DNA from: Desulfotalea psychrophila LSv54
Lineage (GTDB): Bacteria > Desulfobacterota > Desulfobulbia > Desulfobulbales > Desulfocapsaceae
Direction of reading: 5' to 3'
Assembly (NCBI RefSeq): GCF_000025945.1
Contig: NC_006138.1
Coordinates: forward strand, 300,001 to 332,000
DNA length: 32,000 nucleotides
In this document: in pieces, positions 1-7,856 of the stretch
How positions within the stretch are numbered: position 1 is the first letter of the stretch
Layout: every line of letters starts with the position of its first letter
The notes under the pieces: model-generated
Seen by the model: the letters and a program-made list of their open reading frames with translations, nothing else
What the model was told of the DNA's origin: nothing
Database searches by the model: none
Position numbers and translations under genes: made by a program

Positions 1-95
1 ACAAAAACATCACGCTCGGTATAGAGCGAGTTAATAACTATATCAAGTAGCTTTTTGGTCTCTGCCTGAAATTCATAGTTTTTTGCTTCTGTCAT
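1..95 (-). CDS. htpG: Molecular chaperone HtpG (Hsp90), N-terminal 31 codons only; the gene continues beyond the window start
   Basis: The reverse complement reads ATG at 95..93 and translates to MTEAKNYEFQAETKKLLDIVINSLYTERDVF. This matches the conserved HtpG N-terminus pattern (FQAE.K.LL...I.SLY....F). A GAGGTG Shine-Dalgarno lies ~8 nt upstream. It is absent from the ORF track because it is open-ended. Confidence 0.8.
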   Translation of the reverse strand, partial: MTEAKNYEFQAETKKLLDIVINSLYTERDVF

Positions 96-359
96 CGAAA
101 ACACCTCATTCGTGCGTGGTTATACTATCTGTGATAGCTCAGCCGGGCTGGCCATTATTATTCCCTTAATGCGGGCAAAATGTTAAACATTTATGGTAAT
201 GTGTCAAGAGAGATATTGCAGGGAGAAGAGGAGTCATTACTAGCTATAATGTTTCGCTAAAAACCTGTAAGGCCCCTCACGGCTGTCCTTTACAGCAATT
301 CTATAAGAGCCATAAAAGAGAAGAAGCTCATTCCACATATACCAAGAAAAGAGACGACA

Positions 360-1757
360 ATGACAAAACAACTCGATACCATTATTGTTGGAGCAGGCCT
401 TTCAGGACTCACCGTGGCCCATAAACTTCGCCTCAAAGACAAACTACACAGCCTCCTGATTATTGACAGGGAGGAGCAAAGCGGCGGTGTCATACGTACC
501 CATCGGCAAGATGGCTTTATCTCAGAAATTGGCCCCCATGGTTTCCTTGACAATAACCCTGCCAGTAAGCTCATCCTTGCCGAGACAGGTCTTGATAAGG
601 AGACGGTAAAGGCACCGCTTATGGACTTTGTCCGCTATGTCTACCTCCACGACAAGCTGAACCTGATAGAGCAGACGCCAGGGAAAATTATCATGGCACC
701 GCTGATCTCCTGGCCTGCCAAGTTCCGCGTTCTGGCCGATCTATGGAAGCGGCCGCTAGAGGGAGACCCCAGCATTGCCAAGTGGGTCGAACATCGCTTT
801 GGCCCGGCCCTACTCCCCTTTATAGATGCAATCTTTACGGGAACCTACGCCGGAGACTACGAGACCCTGACCGTTGGCAGTGTCTGGCCTGGGGTACGTG
901 AGTTGGAAAAAAAACATGGCTCCGTGATTCGCGGACTTATTGCAAGATGGATTGCAAAGAAGAGAACAGGTGACAAAACGCCTATGAACATGCCGTCCAT
1001 GACCAGTTTTGCCGAGGGTATGGCCCGTCTACCGGAGAGATTAAGTGAAGGGTTGTCTGCCGAAGAGCTCCTGCTGAATACCGATGTTACAGCCATTGCC
1101 AGAGGAGAAAATGGTTGGGCGGTAAAGACCGGGACAGGCGAAGAGTACAGGGCGACACAGCTTGTCCTGGCCCTGCCAACCAATGAAGCCCTGCGCTTAC
1201 TTGCACCCCTTAATACGGGAATGCCAATGCAAAAGATACCCGAGGCACGAATTGCCTCGGTAATCATGGGCTTCAAGGGGGCAACGCTACCTCCGGGATT
1301 TGGCTTTCTCACCCCTGAAGTGGAAAAACGTTTTTCTCTCGGCTGCCTCTTCTCTTCAAATATGTTTCCGGGCCGAGCCCCAGAAGGCCATGTGGTGATC
1401 GAGACCCTGGTTGGAGGCAAGCGCCACCCTGAAAGGCTGAATCTGGACGATGAAACCATAATCGAGAGGGCATTAGCTGATATTAGAGCGATCCTTGACC
1501 TGCCGAACCCTCCCGTCTATACCAGGGTACTCCGCTCAAAGTCAGGAATCCCCCAACTGGAAGAGGGCTACCCGGAACTTCTCTCCTGGCGTGATGCCCT
1601 GGTAAGAACCTATCCTGGACTCCATCTCTGCGGTTTTGGTTGGGAAGGTATTGGACTCAATGAGATGATGAAGGCAGGTACCAGAGTGGCCGAGGCTGTA
1701 CTGGATGCCGGAGGTAGCGCCTCGGCTCAGGCAGAGATAAAGGGCATTTATTTTTAA
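360..1757 (+). CDS. hemY: FAD-dependent protoporphyrinogen/coproporphyrinogen oxidase (HemY family)
   Basis: 465 aa with an N-terminal dinucleotide-binding motif (IIVGAGLSGL). It has HemY-like blocks (GGVIRT..DG...E.GPH.F, FTGTYAGD, PQ...GY, C-terminal GFGWEGIGLNE) and the typical length. Confidence 0.8.
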   Translation: MTKQLDTIIVGAGLSGLTVAHKLRLKDKLHSLLIIDREEQSGGVIRTHRQDGFISEIGPHGFLDNNPASKLILAETGLDKETVKAPLMDFVRYVYLHDKLNLIEQTPGKIIMAPLISWPAKFRVLADLWKRPLEGDPSIAKWVEHRFGPALLPFIDAIFTGTYAGDYETLTVGSVWPGVRELEKKHGSVIRGLIARWIAKKRTGDKTPMNMPSMTSFAEGMARLPERLSEGLSAEELLLNTDVTAIARGENGWAVKTGTGEEYRATQLVLALPTNEALRLLAPLNTGMPMQKIPEARIASVIMGFKGATLPPGFGFLTPEVEKRFSLGCLFSSNMFPGRAPEGHVVIETLVGGKRHPERLNLDDETIIERALADIRAILDLPNPPVYTRVLRSKSGIPQLEEGYPELLSWRDALVRTYPGLHLCGFGWEGIGLNEMMKAGTRVAEAVLDAGGSASAQAEIKGIYF

Positions 1758-1789
1758 TCCTTGCAGGACCAGAAAAAGATCAAAAAAAA

Positions 1790-1823
1790 GGGGCTGTAAC
1801 GATATTCGTTACAGCCCCTTTTT
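1790..1823. terminator. Bidirectional rho-independent terminator between convergent hemY and dnaA
   Basis: Perfect 12-bp stem GGGGCTGTAACG (1790-1801) / CGTTACAGCCCC (1807-1818) with a 5-nt loop. It is flanked by an A-run upstream and a T-run downstream, so it could work on both strands. Confidence 0.7.
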
Positions 1824-1841
1824 AAATTTTAGATGAAAATA

Positions 1842-3263
1842 CTATATCTGTTTTACCTTATCACTGAGCAGATTAACCTGAGCACCGAGGGACATATCGC
1901 GTCGTGCCTTGTCCGTAATAACCTTTACGGAATGAATCACCGTTGAGTGGTCACGCTTATAGGTGCGGCCAATCTCGGCAAGGGACTCTTCGGTGAATTT
2001 ACGGCTCAAGTACATGGCAATCTGCCGGGGCAAGCTGATTGATTTCTTACGAGAACGAGACTGAAGATCCTCAACACTCACCTGAAACTGAGCACTGATC
2101 AGATCACGAATAAGGCTAGAGGAGAGGGACTGATTGCAACCAACAACTGAGCCCACCACCTCACGAATAAGATTCATATCAATATAACCACCCATCAGAC
2201 GGGCCCGGGCCCCAATGGCTGTTATAGCAGATTCAATCTGACGAACATCTCCTCGAACATTCTGAGCAAGATAGCTGGTCATATCCTCATCGAAGGAGAG
2301 ACGCTGTCCTGCTGCCTTTCTCTCAACAATTCGAGATCTTGTCTTTATATCAGGGGCCTGAATAGAGGTGATAAGGCCGGCACTCATCCGGGAACGAAAT
2401 TCACCATCGATACCTGCCAACTCACGGGGGGCAGCATTTGCCGTAAGCAAGACTCGCTTACCCGATTTAACCAAGGTATCGAGTACCTCGTTAAGTTCTT
2501 CCTGAGTCTTTTTCTTACCCTTTAAAGTATGAATGTCTTCCACAAGTAAAATATCACAATCCTCCTGATATTTTTTCTTAAACATATCCATACTGTTATT
2601 TTTAATACCATGCACCATCTCCGCCGAGAATTGCTGGGCGGTGACATAGTGCATACGGGTCATGGGCGAATTACTGAGCAGGTGATGAGCAACGGCATGG
2701 GTGAGATGACTCTTACCAAGTCCTGTGCCACTGTTAATATAGAGACAGGGACCGACGGTATCAGCATCTGCCGATATAGCCCGGCAGGCAGACTCTGCCA
2801 AAATATTACTCTGCCCCACCATAAATTCATCAAAGGTATAACGAGGATGCAGGGCACGAATACTGGCATTATTCTTAGGCACAGAGGGCAGACGCAGCTG
2901 ACGTGGTACCGAAGAAGCCGAAGAGGCCGTAGAAGCCGTAGAAGCAGTAGAAGCCGAAGAGACCGAAGGAACTGGAAAGGTTGGTGCCGAGGTGGATGTC
3001 CTGTGCATCATAGAACGCAATTGAGGCACGGCTTTTTTCTCTAAGAAGCGCACATCAGTGATGCTAGAATCAACGCCTGTAAGGGATCGCTCGATTTCCT
3101 TCAGATAATTTTGCTTAACAAAGGCTATAAAATAACGATCGGGGCCTGCAAGAGAGACAACTCCGTTCTCTTGGCGGACAGATTCCAAAGGTGCTATCCA
3201 CAACGAATAGACATCTTTGGACAATGATTCCTTTAAGCACCCCTGCGCCTTCTGCCACGCCAT
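1842..3263 (-). CDS. dnaA: Chromosomal replication initiator protein DnaA
   Basis: AAA+ Walker A (GTGLGKSHL), the arginine-finger/box VII region and a C-terminal DNA-binding helix-turn-helix (IAMYLSRKFT..SLAEIG..Y.RDHSTVIHS). The track ORF begins at a TTG (3305). I prefer the ATG at 3263 (MAWQKAQGCLKESL...), which has an AGGGG Shine-Dalgarno ~6 nt upstream. Confidence 0.95.
   Translation of the reverse strand: MAWQKAQGCLKESLSKDVYSLWIAPLESVRQENGVVSLAGPDRYFIAFVKQNYLKEIERSLTGVDSSITDVRFLEKKAVPQLRSMMHRTSTSAPTFPVPSVSSASTASTASTASSASSVPRQLRLPSVPKNNASIRALHPRYTFDEFMVGQSNILAESACRAISADADTVGPCLYINSGTGLGKSHLTHAVAHHLLSNSPMTRMHYVTAQQFSAEMVHGIKNNSMDMFKKKYQEDCDILLVEDIHTLKGKKKTQEELNEVLDTLVKSGKRVLLTANAAPRELAGIDGEFRSRMSAGLITSIQAPDIKTRSRIVERKAAGQRLSFDEDMTSYLAQNVRGDVRQIESAITAIGARARLMGGYIDMNLIREVVGSVVGCNQSLSSSLIRDLISAQFQVSVEDLQSRSRKKSISLPRQIAMYLSRKFTEESLAEIGRTYKRDHSTVIHSVKVITDKARRDMSLGAQVNLLSDKVKQI
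2911..2973. repeat. Imperfect 9-bp tandem repeat (6-7 units) inside the dnaA linker
   Basis: Units on the + strand: gaagaagcc / gaagaggcc / gtagaagcc / gtagaagca / gtagaagcc / gaagagacc / gaaggaact. On the coding strand they encode SVSSASTASTASTASSASS in DnaA domain II. Confidence 0.7.
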
Positions 3264-3900
3264 AACAACCCCTGAAAACATTAAATAACAATAAAAACCA
3301 CGCAAAGCAATTTCATAGCCAATACAAACGGATTACTAATCGAAAAAAAATCAACTAGCCGCAGGCTACAAAACGCAATAAAAACATAAATTGCAATAAA
3401 AAAGGCTACCAGAGGACAAGAATAATGCCCCGAAGACAGTGAGAGAATAAACAGCAAATTTTGAATATCGTCAAAGAGCATTTCATGAAATTTTATCCAT
3501 CTCACCGTCTTTACGACCTCTTCTCGCCATCCCCCATCCCACCTACATCTAGAGGGAAGAGTAAACACTATCTCCCTATTTTATGGGACGCAGCGAACAA
3601 TATGTACTTTTCATATACTTTTCAATAAGTTAGCTAGATTAATAAAAATATTCAGACAGTTAACTTTTATATTAAACAGACAAAAACTAAAAAAACCTCA
3701 AAATTACGTAAAAAAGCTCTATTTTACCCAACAGACACTGCTTTTTCCCTTGCTGACAGCGGCTTCCAGCTCCAAAAAAAAAATCAGCTTTTTAAACTGA
3801 CACAAAATCCAGCACCTCTGGCAAAGCTCGCAGGGCGATAAAAACAAAACGAGATAGGACAAAAATATCTGAGACAAATGACGAAAAAGCCAAGATGACC
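3264..3900. other. AT-rich non-coding region upstream of dnaA (dnaA promoter region; weak oriC candidate)
   Basis: 637 bp with no credible ORF and long A/T runs. It holds an 11-bp-period direct repeat TACTTTTCA (3605-3613 and 3616-3624). The only DnaA-box-like site is degenerate (TTATCCATC at 3493-3501). Confidence 0.3.
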
Positions 3901-4617
3901 TTATCTGGCAATGATGACCCTGGCCAGGGTGAGCACCTCCACCTCTGCCGCCCCATTTTTCCGAAGCACCTTACTACACTCGTCCACGGTTGTCCCCGTG
4001 GTAAAAACGTCATCGACCAGACATATTTTACGCCCCCGGATCATCTCTGCATCCCTCAGAGTAAAGGCTGCGAGAAGATTCCTACGACGAGCCACACCAC
4101 TCAGCCCCGTCTGCGGCAGAGTGTCCCGGGTACGCAGCAGAAGAGATGGCATAATTTTTTTATTTCTTTTACCAAAGAAAACTTTAGCGAGAAGAAATGC
4201 CTGATTAAAGCCCCTGCTTCGCAGACGGTGAAAATGCAGAGGAACGGGCAAAACAAGATCAGAGACGGGCAGACCAGCTCTCCAGCCGCTACTGGTAACA
4301 AGAGCATCTATGGCCCTTAAACAGGCCATATCCTGACCAAATTTCAAGCCATGTATCAGGCCACGCACGACATCCTCATAGATAAAAAGAGAGCGAGCCC
4401 GGTTATAGGCAGGCATATGAAGAAGACAGGTGCCACAAAGATGCTCCGTTTCGACAGGCCCCACCAACGGCCCGCCACAGCAGAGACAGAGGGGTGGACG
4501 AGTGGGCTTTATTTTCTGCAGACAGGCAGGACATAGCGTCTCCCTGATGCCATAGGGAATCCTCTCCTCACAGTAGACGCAGGATCTTGGAAAAAGCAGA
4601 TCTAACAGACCAGGCAT
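3901..4617 (-). CDS. comF: ComF-family protein (double zinc-ribbon plus phosphoribosyltransferase domain)
   Basis: 238 aa with N-terminal Cys pairs (CVYC..CPAC..CLCC..CGTC) and a C-terminal PRTase motif (ICLVDDVFTTGTT). A GGGGGAG Shine-Dalgarno precedes the ATG. Confidence 0.85.
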   Translation of the reverse strand: MPGLLDLLFPRSCVYCEERIPYGIRETLCPACLQKIKPTRPPLCLCCGGPLVGPVETEHLCGTCLLHMPAYNRARSLFIYEDVVRGLIHGLKFGQDMACLRAIDALVTSSGWRAGLPVSDLVLPVPLHFHRLRSRGFNQAFLLAKVFFGKRNKKIMPSLLLRTRDTLPQTGLSGVARRRNLLAAFTLRDAEMIRGRKICLVDDVFTTGTTVDECSKVLRKNGAAEVEVLTLARVIIAR

Positions 4618-4759
4618 GACTCCCCCCTTAATGACTTTATTATTTCAGGTAGAAACTATTTCCATAAAGGATATCGTCCTCTTCGCCTTTATACAAAACG
4701 CTACAAAAAAAATTTAAACCACAAAAACAGCTTTTTTGGCACTCACGCATCAGGAGGCT

Positions 4760-4787
4760 TTGCAATCACAGCTAAATATGGCATAAT
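4760..4787 (+). promoter_or_regulatory. Candidate sigma70-type promoter upstream of bamA
   Basis: TTGCAA (4760-4765), 16-nt spacer, CATAAT (4782-4787), ~155 nt upstream of the bamA ATG. This is a sequence match only. Confidence 0.3.
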
Positions 4788-4941
4788 GTCGCAACTTTGC
4801 CCATCCATTCTCATGAAAAATAGGTCAAAGCAAATAGTTGAGGGTTTTTCTATCTTAGAAAAAATCCCTGTCTCTATCGTACTTTTCTCTAACCATTCAT
4901 ATTAACTATGAATAAAAGCAGAACACGAAAAGGAACTGTTC

Positions 4942-7656
4942 ATGATTCGTTACAGGTTTCAAATAGCAAAACTACGCCACTGCACCTTTACGGCACTCTT
5001 TTTATGTATTGCCACCCTGGTCCTTGCTCAAAACGCCTCAGCTAATGTCCAAAAAACAGTTATTCTACCCCTAAAAATAAACAGCGTCAGTTCTTCCCCA
5101 GAAATGACGGTGGCCGCTGATAATGCCCTGGCAACGGCGCAAGAAAATGTAGCCATGATCCCGATAACAAGGGTTACCGCTGAAAATCTTGTTAATTATA
5201 ATGGCCCCTGGCCACCAAAAACTCTCACCATACAAAAGATTGCCCAGGGGACAGGATATAACTACGTGACCACGGGAACAATGACAGTCATCGGCAATAT
5301 GCTCAGTATAGATCTGAAGACAGTCGACAGCCTATCCCCCTCAAAGCCCATCTATTTTTATCGCCATGCCATCGAAAAAGATCAGATGACAACAGCCTTT
5401 GAAGAGTTGGTAGGCGAAGTACTCTCCTACACAGACAGAGAGCATCGCATTGCCGCCATCAGCCCCCAAGGCAATGCCCGGGTTGATTCCGGCGCTATTC
5501 TAAGAAAAATCAACTCCAAGGCAGGTGACATCTACGATCCTGCCACTCTACGCCAAGACCTTAAGGCTATATACGCCATGGGCTACTTCAATGACGTGCA
5601 GGTCGACGTAAAAGAAACCGCCAAGGGTAAGACTGTCACCTTCAATGTGGTTGAAAAGCCGCTGGTCAGCTCAGTGCTCTTTGTCGGCCTCAAGGAACTC
5701 AAACAAGAGGACGTCCAGGCAGTTGCCAATATCAAAGAACACCGAATTATCAACCCTGCCCAAATCAGTGCTGCCAAAGAGGCCATTATCAGCCTCTACG
5801 AGTCAAAAGGTTTTTATAACTGCACCGTAAAATCAGAGATAAGCTATCCCGCAGAGAGCGGTGGTGCCGTCGTCACCTTCAATATAGTTGAGGGTCACAA
5901 GGTATATGTTGAAGAGATCAGCTTCGAGGGCAATAAGAACTTTGACGCAGGTGAGCTTGAGGACATCCTTGAGACAAAGGAGAAGAGCTGGCTCACCTGG
6001 CTCACTGCGGCTGGCCTGCTTGACATGGAAAAAATCAAGCAGGATGGCAATCGCCTTCTCGCCTACTACAACAATCACGGATTTCTCGATGCAAAGGTAG
6101 GAGAACCACAGGTTCGTCAAGAGGGCGATCTTGTTTATCTCCACTTTGTCATTGCAGAGGGGCCACGCTATCGAATTGGCCTTATCGACTTTTCAGGCGA
6201 CCTGATGATCGATAAAAAAACCCTGGCTAAACTGGTCAGCGTTCGTAATGAGCCCTACCTCAACAGAGGGCTGATGCGCGACGACATCATGAATATAACC
6301 GATGCCTACTCAGAGCTCGGCTATGCCTTTGCCAGTGTTAAACCAAGAACCAGAAAATCTGCGGTGGGTAATCGTATAGATATAACCTTTGATATTGCCA
6401 AAAATGATCTGGTCTACATTGACAGAATCACCATCAATGGCAATGTCCGAACCCGCGACAATGTTATTCGCCGGGAATTGCGTATAGTTGAAGGGGGCCT
6501 CTTTGACAGTGCAGCCCTGCGAAAATCAAATAAGGCCCTGCAACGCCTCGGCTACTTCAAAGAGGTGAACATCACTCCGGAGCCCACATCGGATCCTTCC
6601 CGAATGAATATTGTGGTCAATATTAAAGAGAAACCAACGGGTAGCTTTAGCATCGGCGTAGGCTATAGCACAACGGATGGCATCATTGTTTCAGGTAAGA
6701 TCTCTGAAAATAACTTTCTTGGCCGTGGTGACACCCTGAGCCTGAGTGGTGATATTGGTGGGATAAGCAGTAACTTCAACCTTGGTTACACCAACCCACA
6801 TCTCAACGACTCTGAACTCTCCTGGGGTGCTGATCTCTTTAATACCGAAAGAGAATTCGACGATTACGACAAAAAACGCACCGGTGCAGGTCTTCGGGTT
6901 GGCTATCCTATTTGGCAAGAATGGCGCCTATTTAGCAATTACAGCATAACCGACACCAAGCTCACCGACATCAAAGATAATGCCTCGTGGATTATCAAAA
7001 ATTCAGCAGATATTAATCTAAGCAGTGCAGTGAAGTTCACCCTTGTCAGCGATGACCGTGACAAACAGTTTATGCCCACCGAGGGTAGCCGCACCAGCAT
7101 CAGCCTTAAATATGCCGGTGGCCCTCTGATGGGAGATGCTCAGTTTTATAAGGTTGAGGCCAGTACCAGTTGGTATTTTCCAGCCTTCTTGGGCACCACC
7201 TACCACCTTAAAGGGGCAGCAGGATACGCTGGCGAGACAGAGACCGACAAGCTCCCTGTCTACGAGAGATTTTACCTTGGTGGCATGAACAGTATGCGTG
7301 GTTTTGAATACGCCAAGATGAGCCCCGTCGACAAACTTTCAGGAGATCGCGTTGGTGGTAATATGATGTGGTACACAAACGTGGAATGGATCTTTCCCAT
7401 ATCCGATGCTCAGGGCGTTAACGGTATGACCTTCTTCGATATAGGCCAGGTTAGTGGCGAAGATCTTAATGGCAGTACCCTCAACGGTAGTTCAGCAATT
7501 GAGACAGAGTATAACGATGTCAAAATGGATGTTGGTCTCGGTCTCATGTGGAACTCTCCCATGGGTCCATTGACCATTACCTGGGGTTACAACCTTGACC
7601 CACTGGACGATGAAGACCCATCCGTCTTTAACTTTAGCATGGGTGGAAACTTCTAA
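4942..7656 (+). CDS. bamA: Outer membrane protein assembly factor BamA (POTRA repeats plus Omp85 beta-barrel) with an N-terminal extension
   Basis: 904 aa with a signal peptide (..LVLAQNASA). POTRA-like repeats start at ~residue 169 and include an RNEPYLN..L..D-type POTRA5. The C-terminal barrel carries YLGG..S.RGF and a terminal aromatic residue (..MGGNF). Confidence 0.9.
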   Translation: MIRYRFQIAKLRHCTFTALFLCIATLVLAQNASANVQKTVILPLKINSVSSSPEMTVAADNALATAQENVAMIPITRVTAENLVNYNGPWPPKTLTIQKIAQGTGYNYVTTGTMTVIGNMLSIDLKTVDSLSPSKPIYFYRHAIEKDQMTTAFEELVGEVLSYTDREHRIAAISPQGNARVDSGAILRKINSKAGDIYDPATLRQDLKAIYAMGYFNDVQVDVKETAKGKTVTFNVVEKPLVSSVLFVGLKELKQEDVQAVANIKEHRIINPAQISAAKEAIISLYESKGFYNCTVKSEISYPAESGGAVVTFNIVEGHKVYVEEISFEGNKNFDAGELEDILETKEKSWLTWLTAAGLLDMEKIKQDGNRLLAYYNNHGFLDAKVGEPQVRQEGDLVYLHFVIAEGPRYRIGLIDFSGDLMIDKKTLAKLVSVRNEPYLNRGLMRDDIMNITDAYSELGYAFASVKPRTRKSAVGNRIDITFDIAKNDLVYIDRITINGNVRTRDNVIRRELRIVEGGLFDSAALRKSNKALQRLGYFKEVNITPEPTSDPSRMNIVVNIKEKPTGSFSIGVGYSTTDGIIVSGKISENNFLGRGDTLSLSGDIGGISSNFNLGYTNPHLNDSELSWGADLFNTEREFDDYDKKRTGAGLRVGYPIWQEWRLFSNYSITDTKLTDIKDNASWIIKNSADINLSSAVKFTLVSDDRDKQFMPTEGSRTSISLKYAGGPLMGDAQFYKVEASTSWYFPAFLGTTYHLKGAAGYAGETETDKLPVYERFYLGGMNSMRGFEYAKMSPVDKLSGDRVGGNMMWYTNVEWIFPISDAQGVNGMTFFDIGQVSGEDLNGSTLNGSSAIETEYNDVKMDVGLGLMWNSPMGPLTITWGYNLDPLDDEDPSVFNFSMGGNF

Positions 7657-7684
7657 AAAAGAATGTGCCCACTCAGTCAGCTCA

Positions 7685-7721
7685 AATGCCAACTACATTC
7701 CATGTAGTTGGCATTTTTTTT
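7685..7721 (+). terminator. Rho-independent terminator after bamA
   Basis: 14-bp perfect stem AATGCCAACTACAT (7685-7698) / ATGTAGTTGGCATT (7702-7715) with a 3-nt loop, followed by a T-run to 7721. Confidence 0.75.
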
Positions 7722-7856
7722 AAGCCTCTTCCCGTAGATAAAAAGCCTGCCCCCTTGCTTTTCTGCTAAAAAGACAAATTTATATAGAAGGCTTCCCGGA
7801 CGGGAAAAAACTGGTAATAACCACGTAACTGCTCGGATTTTTCTAGGATTATACCC

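Noticed and set aside
125-137. Palindrome CTATCTGTGATAG upstream of htpG as a heat-shock operator (CIRCE) or sigma32 promoter.
   Set aside because: It does not match CIRCE (TTAGCACTC-N9-GAGTGCTAA). I also could not find a CTTGAA/CCCCAT sigma32 pair. A 5-bp arm is too short to call.
1842-3305. Longer dnaA (TTG start at 3305), and likewise a longer MCP (ATG at 21830).
   Set aside because: The N-terminal extensions (MRGFYCYLMFSGVV and [21 protein letters not shown]) lack ribosome-binding sites. The internal ATGs at 3263 and 21767 are preceded by AGGGG and AAGGAGAA and give family-typical N-termini.
3281-3568. 95-aa ORF upstream of dnaA. ORFs 3792..4013, 3895..4320 and 3911..4204 lie around comF.
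   Set aside because: They lie in an AT-rich intergenic region or overlap comF on the other strand or frame. They have no Shine-Dalgarno and no recognisable motifs, and their hydrophobic, odd composition is consistent with translating A/T-rich non-coding DNA.
3264-3900. A confident oriC call with a DnaA-box cluster.
   Set aside because: I found only one 2-mismatch box by eye and no clear box array. I kept it as a low-confidence candidate rather than a feature call.
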